A stretch of DNA of 63,300 bases, filler included, from Sphacelaria rigidula (lineage: Eukaryota), in NCBI GenBank assembly GCA_964200075.2. It is 6 parts of 6 records of this genome, joined end to end, with 100 filler letters (N's around TTAATTAATTAA, not from the genome) between each part and the next. Parts side by side here need not be neighbours in the genome. Positions count along the whole stretch, not along the records: positions 42,270 to 52,735 come from CAXNAA020006447.1; positions 52,836 to 63,300 come from CAXNAA020006448.1; 4 more parts are not named here. One strand, 5' to 3'. Positions 47,921 through 60,948 of this stretch are shown one piece after another (position 1 is the stretch's first letter; each line of letters begins with the position of its first letter). The translations under genes were made by a program, and so were the position numbers. The notes beneath the pieces were generated by a model. That model did no database searches. It was given only the letters and a program-made list of their open reading frames with translations, and was not told where the DNA came from.

Positions 47921-50669
47921 TACCACGGTTAGGACAAATCAACTCGTGAGTCAACTCAGACTCATCATTTTGCCGAATAAATCATACGGTTCGTACATCA
48001 TTTGTAATTCACACAGTCAACCCTTCTTCATGACTCAAGGCGTGACTGGCTTGTACATGTACGCCATGTGTGACAAGTTCAACGTGAGCGCCCGTATATG
48101 TTCCCCACCTTCGGATTAATGCGGGACCTACATAAGTCATACAGGTTAATAAATCTGAAGTCATGGGCCCTGAACCACACACACGTTTCTTCAACCTGTA
48201 ATGCGCGCAAGATGCCTGCACTGCACAATTTGTTTTATGTTATCCACCCTCAGGTGAATGTGGGACCAACAGTCAGCAAAGAGTTGAATTCTACGATTTC
48301 ATGTTCATGGGGCCTGTATCACGTGTGCTTTTCTAACATGGGTAATGCGCTGCACATGTGTTATCCACCCTCGACTCAGCGGACCAATGGTTCATACAGC
48401 ATGACTGCTTGCGCATCATGGCGAGTCAACATAACACCACACCCGGCAGGTACAAGGAGGCGCGGCAGTTCGCCGCGGCTGTTAAGTACCGTGCACGAGC
48501 GGTACCTCTGCGTAATGGTGGGAAGATGCGTTCTTCCAATCAAGAACCATCGACGGCGTGGTCGTATGCTATTGTGTTGGGACCTCACAGGAAGAAAACA
48601 CGTAATTTTGTACTGAAAGCACCTGTACGAATTGCTCCGCTGTGCCGGTACACGAAGCACTTTTCACGTTTCTGCGCTTCAGACTAACCGACAGCGAAGG
48701 GGATGTGGCCGGTACCATAGTACGGGGGAAAATCATCGAGGATATTGAAAATTGCACATCGTGAACAAAGTTGCGCAGTGGTGTACGGTGGTTCACCGCG
48801 GTTGGCAATTGCTGTGTAAAAACGGACCTTGACGGAACCCACTCGGGGTTTCCTTGTCCGGGCCCAACAAAGCATAGCACAGCAGCACGGATACACTACG
48901 CTGTGCTACGCTACGCTACGCTACGCTACGCTACACTAGACTACAATACACACTACAGCACATCACCGCACAGTTCCGCACAAACCAGCACCGCAGCGTA
49001 CTGTGTGCTCCCACAATACACTATTGTACGCTGCACTAGACTACACTCACGGGCTCACTACACTTACCACAACAGAACAAGCCCAACGCAGAGCAGCGCA
49101 GTAGAACACAGAACATTACTGTGATACCGTATCGTACCGTGAACGGTACCGACTGCGCACACGATGGTTTCAGAATTTTGTGGCGATGTGACATGTTGAC
49201 TCGTAGTCAACTTAGAGCCATCATTTCAATGAATAGATCATACTAACTCAGAGACAGTGGTGAACGTCTGCAATCTCCCGTGAACAGGCCGAACTTTCAA
49301 TGACCACCAGGTCACTTCCGATTTTTTCTCCGATAATATATATATTATATTATTCTCCTGGATGACATTTTTCTCCATTTTAGGACCCTCAAGTTTTTTG
49401 TAGGTGGACACGCGCGTACCGAAGCATGACTGCACCATAACACGCACCACACGAAAACACACGCGACCGGAGGTGAGCACCTCAATCTTTTGACTTCGAG
49501 AGAATGACCATGTTTTTAACAGTTTCTGGTCACTGAACAAGTGCTTGATATTGCTGGGTGTAGCTCTGGATTCAGTTTGTTGTATTCCTTCTTTCGGCTG
49601 CGAGAGACTGCCTGTGTTCAGTAGGCTAAGCTTGCGTTCGAGTTACAATCAAGATCTTACCGTGCATTGCCGTAGTGGTTGGATGCCGTGGTAGGGTGGT
49701 ACCTACGTGAAAAAGGCATAGAGGAGTGAACGTTGGAAAAAACAGCGGCGGTGAGGAGCTTACTACCGTACCAACAAGCGTACGGTAGATGAAACACTGC
49801 CCGTCAGTGGTTCGCGGGCGATGAAGGGGTCAATACCCACCTAACCCTTTGCGCCCCATGCTGTGTTGGCAGTACATGAAGGTAGGGTTGATGTTGTGCT
49901 TTCTCGAATCTCCTGGTGGTGCTAGACCAAGCACGTAAGCAGAGGGTGAAGCAAGATATCTGCCAGTGAACACAAACGGGCAGCATATTGTTTAGTTTAT
50001 ACCGGAACAGCGTGCCTCGGGGGGAACATGCCCCATATAATGATCAAGTATTAACACAGAGAGGCAACCAAGCATGCCCTGAACAAAAGAATATATGTCA
50101 TGCTGCGTACCGAATCGATTGTTGCGTCTACTGCGATAGAAAATAGATCCCACACTGTACGCAGTACACGTTTCGAAAACGCAATCCATTGTCATTATCC
50201 AGAGTGTGCAAACAAGACACGGATGTTGTATCGGGGTTCGGAACGTTCCGGCATATATCTCACTTGATGTTTATTCACAAAACACTTCGAAATTTAATGG
50301 GCTGTTGACAGTATCTGTTGATGTTCAGATACAGATAAACTGCGGAAACCCCCCGCAAAGTGGCAACGCGGGCTACCCCTCCGTAGACACAACCAAAAGT
50401 CAATGTACCAGTACTGACAAGAAGCTGAGAGATCGCATGAACCGAGCATGTGCGACGGCTGCAACGCTCAGCAATGACAGAGGCTGCCACTCGTGCCGCC
50501 GGTAGCAAGGTGATTAGTAGCAAAAGCCACCAGCAACTATTGGTCACAAGGCTGGTGTGCACCTGGCTTCCGATGATACATCTGCCGCACATACACTATA
50601 GCGTGCTGTACCGTAGGATCGTTTTTGGTCATCAACCCCCAAGACACGTCGTTGTTGCCCTTACTTCGA

Positions 50670-51830
50670 GCTGGGAGATAAATCTGTCGGTGAAGTAATA
50701 GCTACGGATGGGCGTATGGATACTGTACGGTGCGGTTCGGTGTGGTGCGATGCTGTGCTGCGCTACGCTGCGCCTCGCTACCTCTCTCTGTACTGTACAC
50801 TGTTGTTCCTTCACAAGGAGAACTTTCAGGGTATTTGTGTTCTTCTCCAGTGTGCAGGTTCCAATGAAACGGTCATGTTTACAGCGTGAAATGTCTTCAG
50901 ATGAAAGGGACACGCGTCCTCGGAAGAGAGGTGTCCGCATCAGCACGGAAAGCTGGAGCTACAGACAAGACCGGTGGCTGCGGCGCTCGGATAGCAGGGG
51001 CTGCATGTTACGATGCACGGAGAAAGCGATCGATGTCAGAGAAATGTATCATCCCACGCGAAATTTGACGAAATTGACACTGTCTACGACGAGCCGGCAG
51101 GGCTGGACTGACTGTACGACGTGAATCACACCTGGGCAGGGCTGGAATTCCCGCTATTAGTCGATGAAAACTCACGCGTGCTCTCGACACCACTTTGAGA
51201 GCAAGTCAAATGGGAAGAAATCCACAAAAAGGCCTATTAGGTGTATGTCGGCAAGGCTCAGGACATCCACGTGGGAGCCCGCCCAACAAACTTTGCAGCT
51301 TGATTCTGATTCTCCGGACTAGAATACATCATCAACCGCCCCCGTGGTGGTCAGTCTGTCGTGATGCCGCCCACGCAATCCCTGGTACTGTCCGTAAAAG
51401 GGCTTTGTCTCCCTCCCGAACGGCTTCACGACGGTCCTCGGCATAACACACTGTTTTTCTCGACTCGGCTGTACGGCCACATGTTGCCCGAGACGGGGTA
51501 TAAAATTTAGGGCAAGCAACGTCAACGATGTGACGAAGCCTGACTGGTGATTGTCCTCTGCGTTTCTGCGAGCCTAGCGTCAATCGACACGTGGTCCAAC
51601 CTGAACAACTAGGCTGGCCGCTGCCTCCGCACCGATATCGTGCCCTTCACATTTCTCGTGCGAAAGAACAATGCTTCCAAGCGTAGAGGCAGCATGGTGG
51701 ATACATATCCTTTGAACCCACGCACGCAGCGTACAAACAGCCTTGGGCCGCCGATGCTATTGAGGCAAAGCTACCTGCGGCCTGAACCTTTACATACGTC
51801 AAGTTTCAGTGTCGTCAGACGCTAAGTGCG
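50670..51830 (+). mobile_element. possible piggyBac-like transposase relic
   Basis: Degenerate motifs in the expected order: ..MG.., LQMK, LLVDE, FFSTRLY..L...G, AADA/LRQSY. Many stops and frameshifts. Confidence 0.35.
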
Positions 51831-52735
51831 CTGTGTTTGAACACCTGACCTTCCGAAATACCGCCTCTACACTACTGATAACGGAACAAGACTGTGTATG
51901 TGTGGTACTGGTGTGATACTGACCGTGACTGGTGAGGTATGCTAGGTTGAATGCACTCTCTCGAGACTTCGGACTAGGCGTGATTGGTTATGACAACGTG
52001 TGCCATTCTCTGCACAAACGAACAGCCAGCAACACACCCTTTGGGTCGTTCGTGAGGCCGGAGCCCAATGAGGTGAACATCATCACCCCCACCCCTTCCT
52101 ACGGTACCATCCCCGAGCCTACTACACGTACGTCTGTTCGGCAAGTTGAAACACTCCGATACCCAACTTGTGTGAATTTTACACGTTGTCACACGGGGTT
52201 TTGTCTTGGTTTGACTTTGGGCGAATGTTACCAATATATCAGGCACAGATAGCGTGGTGGCGGTGCGTTCACCGAAATCGTTCGCTTGACTTTTCAGAAT
52301 AGTTTCAATTTCGTATTGGACGGCACGGGTGCGGGGTATACAATACCCGATAATGCTCAGTAGCTACCTTTTGTAGATACTTCGCAATAGGGATTAAATT
52401 GGATTTTCTACAAAGTACATTTTTCTCTGCTGTTTCTTTGTCTAGGGTGTGACATATTTCACCACTCACTTGATCCGATAAACCTTTCCACGTCGGACAG
52501 ATAACGATCCATCTGAATCTTTTGTTCATAGTTTATTGATCCGAATCACGATCGCATCATTTGCCCCCCCTTCTCCATGTTTGCTCCTTACAGCGCCGGA
52601 CGCCGACCACGGCGAGTAGCGCCATGGTTGCGACTTGTTTTTTCTGACAATACGGCTACATATTCCTTGTTTTCCCTCCTCGTTACCGTCAGGTTGTCCT
52701 TTTTTGTTCTTGTTGTCTTTTCTGGATCTTCCTAT

Positions 52736-52835
52736 NNNNNNNNNNNNNNNNNNNNNNNNNNNNNNNNNNNNNNNNNNNNTTAATTAATTAANNNNNNNNN
52801 NNNNNNNNNNNNNNNNNNNNNNNNNNNNNNNNNNN
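52736..52835. other. artificial contig linker
   Basis: N44-TTAATTAATTAA-N44. Confidence 0.98.
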
Positions 52836-52992
52836 AGCACTGTCTTACGCTTGAACCTCATCTCGGAGTTAAACCTCAATTCGCACAACGTGTTGTTACA
52901 GTGGTGATACCAAGGATTCCTGGCAGTTCGCCTGATGTCAGAACGCAATCCATACCACCCAACGAACGGAGTCGACGCGTGTGTATTGGGGG

Positions 52993-53512
52993 ATTTCCGT
53001 GTGGTTCCCAGCAGGTGGTGGCAAAGGCTGACACCGACAAACGTTAGTCTGTACCGCTAGCTTGTAGGTGGCAGGTGATGCTACTGCTGTAGACTTGTTG
53101 ATGTTGAATGGGCGCTTGCGGCCAACGAAGACTTGTAGAGAACGATAGACTTTGGCAGTCTAGGGAAGAAGACAGGAGAGAAGGCAGAGTGAGAGAGAAA
53201 GGGGGCAAGCTTGGCTGCACCCCTCTCTTTCTAGATATCACACACACACGCATATCCTAGACGAGTCTAGCCTAGGAGCTTGATCTGGAAACTACTGTTC
53301 CAGGAACCAGAGTACCGTTCTACGTGGCCTACTTGAACCAAGTACTGTTCTTGAGAACGTTCCTAAGATACGATGTAACCATTCAGATCTCGACTGCTAT
53401 AATACTACTGAATATTGACTTATGTAGCAAGTCTCGTGATACTCCTCCAACAATAAATACTTCACATCCACCAGAAGACATACTGTAGCCTAGACCATAC
53501 GTTGTGTCGACG
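52993..53512 (-). mobile_element. 3' LTR of copia element 1 (PPT at 53513-53522)
   Basis: Minus strand reads AAGGGGAACT|(C/T)GTCGACA downstream of RNase H. 52993-53427 is repeated directly at 55383-55818. Confidence 0.75.
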
Positions 53513-53786
53513 AGTTCCCCTTAATGCAAGGAATTGAAACCTTTGAAAAGCATTTCATGGCATGCAATCTTATACAAGATGTACTCAAGAGACAAAGATA
53601 CGCTGATGCACTAAACATCGAAGTATATAATCTATCGCAACAATACTGCTGAACCTACGTAGTAGCGAAGACTGGACTATTGATGACTACTATAGTCCCT
53701 AATCACGAAGTCAAAATAGGGCGATCCCTGAATTTGGAAAATTGAAGTCCTTGGTCGAAGATCCTTGTTGAAGATCCTTAAGCTTG

Positions 53787-54455
53787 TCACGTCCCGAAGT
53801 TCTTGATCTTGTGGATGAGATACTCGTGACGTTGCTTGTTGAGGTGCTTTGTCCAGATGTTGGCAAGGTTGTCCTCGGTCGGAACGTAGTGGATGGATAT
53901 CCTCCCCTCCTTCACGAGTTCACGGATATAGAAGAAGCGTAGTGCCACATGCTTTGTGCGCCCGCTGAAGGACTGGTTGCCGATCACGTTGAGTATAGCG
54001 GTGTTGTCGATGAACAGTGGCGCGCTTCTGAACTCAAATCCGAATTCCAGTTCCGTCATCATATTGGTGCAGAAGATAAATTCCTTCATCGCGAGTGCTG
54101 CAGCCACCAGCTCGGCCTCCATAGTACACATGGCAGTCGGGTTTGAAGTCCGGACTTGAAGCTCACCGGCGCCTTGGACATCATCATGATGCACGATGAC
54201 ATGGACTTTCCATTGCCCGGGTTGTTGCCCCAGTTGGAGTCTGAGAATGCCGTGAGGTCCACTCCTCCTTTCTTGTACATGATGCCGAAGTCCCTAGACC
54301 CGGAGAGGTAGCGAATAATATGGTTCGCTGCTCCCATCTGGATCTTCGAAGGGTTCGACATCGCCCGTGCAAGTTGACTGGCGCAGTACCCGATGTCGTA
54401 GCGGGTGGTTTATGCCGAGTACATGACGGAACCAATGATGGCCTGGTATCGTTGC
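53787..54455 (-). mobile_element. Ty1/copia pol fragment: RT C-terminus and RNase H (stop and frameshift)
   Basis: RYQAIIGSVMY..RYDI..., FSDSNWG, TMEAELVAA, FIDNTA, RTKHVALRFFYIRELV, YVPTEDNLA.I.TK. Confidence 0.92.
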
Positions 54456-54729
54456 TTATCCATACTTTCGACCTCCACTCACTAAACCCTTACCCCCGAA
54501 CTTGGGGATAGTCTTGAGTATGTTGTTCATGTTGGTCGGCTTGTCCATGATGCTTGAGTGCTACGCGTCAGGCGCGCAGGCTAATCTTAAGCACGCTTCA
54601 ACGGCCCAAACTAAACGTTTGATCCGCAAATGTGGTGCTGTCCAGATTTCGCTGCTACAGCAGTAGTAGTAGTTAACTCCTGCAGGCTTCCATTTTGATC
54701 CAGTAGTCTCTCGCTATCTGGCAGTCTGT

Positions 54730-54990
54730 CCCCCAGGCACTACTTATCAGTGCTGGACAGACTTGCTACACGTCGCTGCGTGCAGGCTCTCCCGGCTGCA
54801 GGTAGCTTGTCTGTGACCCCGTCTTGCAGGCACGATGATATGCACTGCTCCGACTTGCTACACGTCGCTGCGTGCAGGCTTTTCTTCGGCCACAGCAAAG
54901 CAATTTATGCTGTCCGGCCACGTCTGTATTCCAGGCACTACTCAGAAGTGCTGGACAGGCGTGCTGCAAGATGATGCGTGCAGGCTTCCT
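54730..54990. repeat. imperfect tandem repeat (~85-110-nt unit, 3 copies)
   Basis: GACTTGCTACACGTCGCTGCGTGCAGGCT x2 plus a degenerate third copy; CCAGGCACTACT..AGTGCTGGACAG x2. Confidence 0.75.
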
Positions 54991-55382
54991 TTGTGGGCAA
55001 GTTGTCGAAACGCAATCACCCCAAAACTATAATTTCACCCGTCCTGAGCGTTTGAGTAGCTCAACGCGCCGAACGTGTAGCTGCACAGTTCTGTACGTCG
55101 CCAATTAACCGACGTCTAAAGAATTTGTGCCCCTGGATGCGATGCACCAACAAGTCGTACCGACTGTATGCGTATGCTGAGTCCCGCGGGTGATCAGTGC
55201 AATGTCCTCAGTCGCAAGCAGGTTGACTCCGCAGTTGGATCTTCAAAGGCTCTCCTATAGTCTCGTACAGCAGAAGGTGTAGACGTGTAGAAGCTAGCTT
55301 GTGCTTGATGCTTTGAAGATGTCCCCCCGAAGTACCTCGCACTGGTGCCGTGCTGAATCTAGGCTTCAGAACCCTTTGTGAA

Positions 55383-55818
55383 ATTTCCGTGTGGTTCCCA
55401 GCAAGTGGTGGCAAAGACTGACACCGACAGACGTTAGTCTGTACAGCTAGCTTGTAGGTGACAGGTGATGCTACTGCTGTAGACTTGTTGATGTTGAATG
55501 GGCGCTTGCGGCCACCAAAGACGAGAACGATAGACTTTGGCAGTCTAGGGAAGAAGACAGGAGAGAAAGCAGAGTGAGAGAGAATGGGGGCGAGCTTGGC
55601 TGCACCTCTTCTCTTTCTAGAATATCACACACACACGCATATCCTGGACTATTAATAGTCTAGTCTAGAGACTTGTTCTGGGAACTACTTTTCCAGGAAC
55701 CAGAGTACCGTTCTACGTGGCCTACTTGAACCAAGTACTGTTCTTGAGAACGTTCCTAAGATACGATGTAACCGTTCAGATCTCGACTGCTATAATACTA
55801 CTGAACATAGCCTTATGT
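55383..55818 (-). mobile_element. second copy of the copia-1 LTR (may extend to TGTC at 55203)
   Basis: High-identity direct repeat of 52993-53427 with small indels. Confidence 0.85.
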
Positions 55819-55939
55819 AACTTTGCTAATCCATAATAGTGTGCGTTTGTAGCGCTGCACAGTATTGAAACAATTCGACCAATGATTTGTGTTTCTGTGT
55901 CGATAAACTCGCCGGTGAATGACGACGTTTAGCCTTAAG

Positions 55940-56334
55940 CAACACCGTCGAGTCGCCGAAGGCATCTCCAGACGACCCCCCATACACTTGTGCACCCGAG
56001 GGCGTGCCGCAACATGCACAAATCACCATCACTACGCACATGAGACACGGTTGATGATGAATTTCTGGGGAGATAGCCTTAAATACTACAAATCTAATTG
56101 TGCAACCTATCTACAGGGAATATGTCTCCAAATTTCTCAACACCGTCGGGTCGCCCAAGGCATCTTCAGACGACCCCCCATACACTTGTGCACCCGAGGG
56201 CGTGCCGCACCATGCACGAACCACCCTCATTACGCACATGAGACACGGTTAATGACGAATTCCTGGGAAGATAACCTTAAATAGTACAAACCTAATCGTG
56301 CAACCTATCTACAGGAAATATGTCTCCAAATTTC
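55940..56334. repeat. 198-nt tandem duplication
   Basis: CAACACCGTC...TCTCCAAATTTC at 55940 and 56138. Confidence 0.92.
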
Positions 56335-58301
56335 CCTGCAGGCTCAATCAAAATCGCCATCACCGCCGTTGCCCGCCTCCAATGCCGACACTGTTTACCC
56401 GTCCCTGTACACTCGGAATCTGAACCATGAATCCAGGTCCCCCATGAAGACTTCGGCCCACAGCCGATGGGCCTATCTGGTATACCGTCGAAACGATTGC
56501 GACTGACCGGATCTGCTCCCGGATCCGATTCCCCTTTCACCACACTCCCGCCGTCGCGCCAGCACAGTTCCCTGCCACGAGTCATACGAACACCCGCCCC
56601 GGATGCGTCGCTCGATAACCTTGCGTAGCCCCTTTCATCGTTCACTGTGAATCCGCCTCTCCCATGAATGAGATCGGCCGCTTACAACGCTTTTCCGCCG
56701 CCGGCAATAACACTGGGAGTCACGCTGGTCGCTTGCGAAAGGTGCGAGGGTGAAAAGCAGTTGCCCTACCAACCGCACCTCAGCTTGCAGTCCCCCAAGC
56801 ACACGCACTCTCGGCATCTGTGGCGTCTTTGGGTCACCATTACCGGTTGGTATGAAGATCTGAGGGTTCACAGGTTACCGAATGTATCAATGTACGTGTG
56901 ACTCGACAAGTATACAACAACGTTGCCCCGTCCGACCTCCACTATCCCTCTGCTCGCCGAATTTCTACTACCCTCGAAATTAGCCATGTGTTTCTGGTTT
57001 GTTACCCCGCCTGAGCCTGTTGACGTCCACTGTGGGCATCTTGTCCCGGAACCCCCCCCCCCACCCCCACCAATCCATATTCAATGGTCTCATGACTATG
57101 GCATGCATGATCATGAGTGCACCCACCCATCCATATTCGATATTTCGTCAGACCTACCCGCGCTCTTCCTGTTGGCATTCAAACCTGGGCGACAGCGGGA
57201 AGGTAGTTACCCATGTACTGTGATGATGCACAGGCGGATATGGTGACCAAAATTCCTGCGTGCTACATGTTTCTTGGATTCAATGCGAACCCTTATACGA
57301 TGACTCCGATATGCGCCGTACTAAATATATCGACAATGGCGATGCACGGCACTTTTACCTGTTTTCTCCACTCATTTTCATGGCCGTACCGCTACGTACG
57401 CTACCATAAACACAGCAGAAAAGCCCGGGATGAATAACCGCGATATACTAGTACAGCGACTGTTGCGCCGCAGTGCCCTGGAACCACTTGCAGTACTCGA
57501 ACTCACACCCCTAGATGAGGTTCTCGCGGGCTCATCACACCTCAGTGCAAGGACCCCAATACCTGTGCAATAATCGAATGAAATCATTTGGCTCTGGATT
57601 CTTGACCCACCCCTGTGTCGTGACCCCTATAGACGTGCGGAGATCCTAATATGTGTCAAGATCAGCATTATTTCGGCAGTTAGTTCGTGACACATCGCGA
57701 GGTGTGACGCGCACAACACCTCATACTAAACTCAATATTGAGAGGCACTCAATCGGGATTTCACGTCTCAGGTTTTGACAATTGCGCTGTGAAATCTGGT
57801 AAGAAGTATCCCGGGGGCAAGATGAAAAAAAAGGTATGCTGTACCCTTTGATTTGTTCGCCTTTCACGAGCTAAGGACGACTGTGTGAAGAATGTATGTT
57901 GCTTATGACGTCAACTCAGGGGAAAACGAGAAGACTCAAAGGGTACAGTGCCCATCTTGATTTAACCGTTGGCATACTCCATGCCAAAATTCAAACCATA
58001 TTTCTGAAACTGAGGCAAAAACTTCGGACTCGGCGCCAGAGTCGTGTACGTCTGACTCACGTTAAGAGATAAGTTAAAAAAATTAGGAAATTGTGTTGCA
58101 ATGTTCATTTCCGACTATCGTCCTATCGGCAACGCGCTCACGTGTTGGATGTACACCTGTCTGGGTCATCCTCTCTGCCGGCAGTTTGTGGTGGAGAGAT
58201 TCATGTGCTGTAAGTCAGAGCGTGACCTAGTGGGAAACATGCATTTTGATCTTCAAGCGGGTGTATGGCACTTGAACCAGTAATTCCTTACTCGCCCCAA
58301 G

Positions 58302-58393
58302 ATGAAACGCCAGCTGGAGGAGGAACTGCAGTCGAGCCTGAACCAGGCGGGAGCGTGGCGCAGTAGGCGACTATCCATCCTTCAGGACCTGCC
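58302..58393 (+). CDS. candidate exon (MKRQLEEELQSSLNQAGAWRSRRLSILQDLP)
   Basis: CCAAG| and |GTGAGC boundaries, GC3-rich codons. No homology recognised. Confidence 0.4.
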
Positions 58394-58818
58394 GTGAGCG
58401 GGAGCGCATGTCGCGAATTAATTAGTGCATCAACCGCTGTTGTCTTTTTTGTCCCGTCACATTTCTCACCTCTCTCCTTTCTTGGAACGAATCCGTGCTC
58501 TCAAGAGATGGACCTATCTCTGCCCTGATACACGCTGTATAGTTTGGCATCAACACGGGATTTTACAAACTGGGGATGGATCTTTTATTGGGGATTAAGA
58601 CCCGGTGGATTAAAATCTTCGTATCCACACTAAATCTTTGAAGTATTCCACACCCTGGACGATACAATATGTTTCAAATATAAATTAGTCGATCATATTG
58701 GAATTTTGCGATATATTGCCGGTGTAATATATATTGGTGCCCTTAGACTGCACATGTATTGTGCGCCCACTATATATTGATGTCGTGGGACTGCATACAT
58801 ATTACCCGCCCAATATGT

Positions 58819-59415
58819 TGTTGGAAATTTACACAGCCAGCAATCTAGCTGTATATCTTTTATGTGTGAGTTTTTACTCTGTAGCAGATTAGCGGGTCAA
58901 TACGTCTCGGTTCAACTAGGAACGACCCAATATTGACCAAAGGTTCAAGTACTGTTTTTTCTGTAGATACTTGAGTTTAATGTCCTGTCAGATTTGCCAC
59001 GTGAGCTGGTAGAACAAGGCAGTGTGTTGCCATTGTTTGAGAGTAACTTGAGTAAGAATCCAGTTTGTGAGCTGGCAAACCAACACGTCAGAGTCAAGGA
59101 CGCGTTTTAGTCTACGTACGTGTAGAGCTTTGTTTTTTGTTCCAAGGATTGAGCAATTGTAGTCGGCGGTCCTCACCGCCCCCTATAGTCACTCTCTTTC
59201 ACTACCATCAGTTCTCCGTTTTGAGGGGAAACTGCGAGTTCTGCTTTTCTTGGCCAAATAAGCGCCAAATCAACCATTTGTCTCACTGATTTTATTCTAA
59301 AGCTGCGGAAGCAAGTGGTCTAATCAACCACGGTACAACCTCTGCATACTACTGTTCGCTGAACAGTAGTTGGCCTGTCGTAAGGACAGTGCCACGACCA
59401 CGAATTATTCCAACA
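58819..59415 (+). mobile_element. 5' LTR of copia element 2
   Basis: TGTTGG...CCAACA inverted termini. The start is repeated at 63230 after a PPT. Confidence 0.85.
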
Positions 59416-59426
59416 GGTTTTGAGCC
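59416..59426 (+). other. primer-binding site of the half-tRNA(iMet) type
   Basis: GGTTTTGAGCC immediately after the LTR CA, a variant of the GGTTATG(G/A)GCC PBS used by copia/Ty5-type elements. Confidence 0.65.
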
Positions 59427-59616
59427 ATCGATTCGCGACCACGTAGGCCTTCAGGTCATCAGCCTTCGCTTCGAGACCACGTCGGTCAGCACCAGCGAGG
59501 GGATTTCCCATCAAGGTCGTCACGGCAGCTAAAAAAAGTGAGAAGAGTCGTATCTTCATATTTCTTATTTGATCAAGGTTTTAGGTGTGATACGTTCTCA
59601 CACATAGTGTAACAAG

Positions 59617-60915
59617 ATGAATAATCAAGGAGAGCCATCTGTTGCACAGCTCATCAGGAGCATCAGGAAATTCGACGGAACAGATTTCCTCGAATGGAAG
59701 CGCAGCACGCGCGCAATGATTTCCCTCACACATGCTGGGATTTCGGATATAATAAACGGAAGTAAACGTCCCGCGGAAACGTTTGATGGCGTGGAGCACA
59801 CCCAAGGCGCTTAATCAGTTCCAGCTGCACGACCCAGGTCAAGATCAACTTCGCCCCACACCCCCTCCCAAGGAACCGCGCCGTCTTCACCTGAAGAGGC
59901 AGCCGAATCGAGTGATACAGTCCGGGACCCGCTGGCTGGCAGCGGAGTGGACTTCTTTCGGGAGCATACACATGTGAGAGTTGTGGTGAACAGATCTGAA
60001 GTTAATGATTGGGATCGCCGCAACGAACAGTTGTTCAATATATTATACTTGACGACTACAGGCCCAGCGGGTAGTTTTCTTCTTCGCTTCGAGCCGAAGG
60101 ACCATGCAAGACCGGATGGCAAAATTGCATGGGAGGCACTGGTCGGTAAATACGAGAACTCTTCGAAGCAACGGCGGCGTATTCTTATGCGTCAGCTAGA
60201 TAACATCAAGATATTACCCGGCCAAGATCCTGACGTGTTTTTGACCAAGATGTATGAACTACGTGATCAGCTGGTGTACATGGGTGAGCCCATTTCAGAC
60301 GATAGACTTACGGACACTGCGGTGGAAGGCTTAACAGATGAATACGACAGGATAAAGTATGATGCGGAGCGTGACCCAGACTTCAGCATCTCCGACATCG
60401 AAGTAACAATGAAGAACATGTCTTCAAATCGCGTTGTACGCGGAATTTTGTCGAACGGTGTACGCGGGCGTGATTCCGCCATGATAGCGGCATCGCCGCC
60501 CGATTCATTTACAACACCTTCAAGATTCGCTGCAAAATGTTACTCCTGCGGTAGACCAGGACACGTTTCGCGTAACTGTCGTTCTGAAAGACAGCCAACA
60601 GCAGGAGCAGGTCTATCAAATGGTGCAGTCTACATCGTACAGGTAGACACGACAATTCAGAATGTAAGAATCAAATCGGTGATAGTAGAACGTTCAAGAA
60701 CAACGACAGGAACGATAACAACGACATCAACTGCGACAATAAAAGAGACAACAACAACATCGACGAACATCAACGCCAAGCAAACACCGTCACAGTGGAT
60801 TCTGCATCGACGACAGCACCATCCAACATCCAAGTTCAAGAGACTAGCGGATCGGCAGCACCAACAGCGACTGACACAAACTCGCCATCAAGCGGCATAG
60901 GCTTTAGCTTTTGCT
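59617..60915 (+). mobile_element. copia gag (one in-frame stop at 59812-59814, frameshift after the zinc knuckle)
   Basis: KFDGTDFLEWKR start; LFNILYLTT.GPA, DGKIAWEAL..KY and PGQDPD motifs; CYSCGRPGHVSRNC CCHC knuckle; second WCSLHRTGRHDNSEC motif in the shifted frame. Confidence 0.9.
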
Positions 60916-60948
60916 GATCCTGCAGACAACGACAACACTCGGCTACCG

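Noticed and set aside
52836-52915. End of a third LTR with PBS (GTTACA-G-TGGTGATACC)
   Set aside because: Too short at the contig edge, and no downstream gag to support it.
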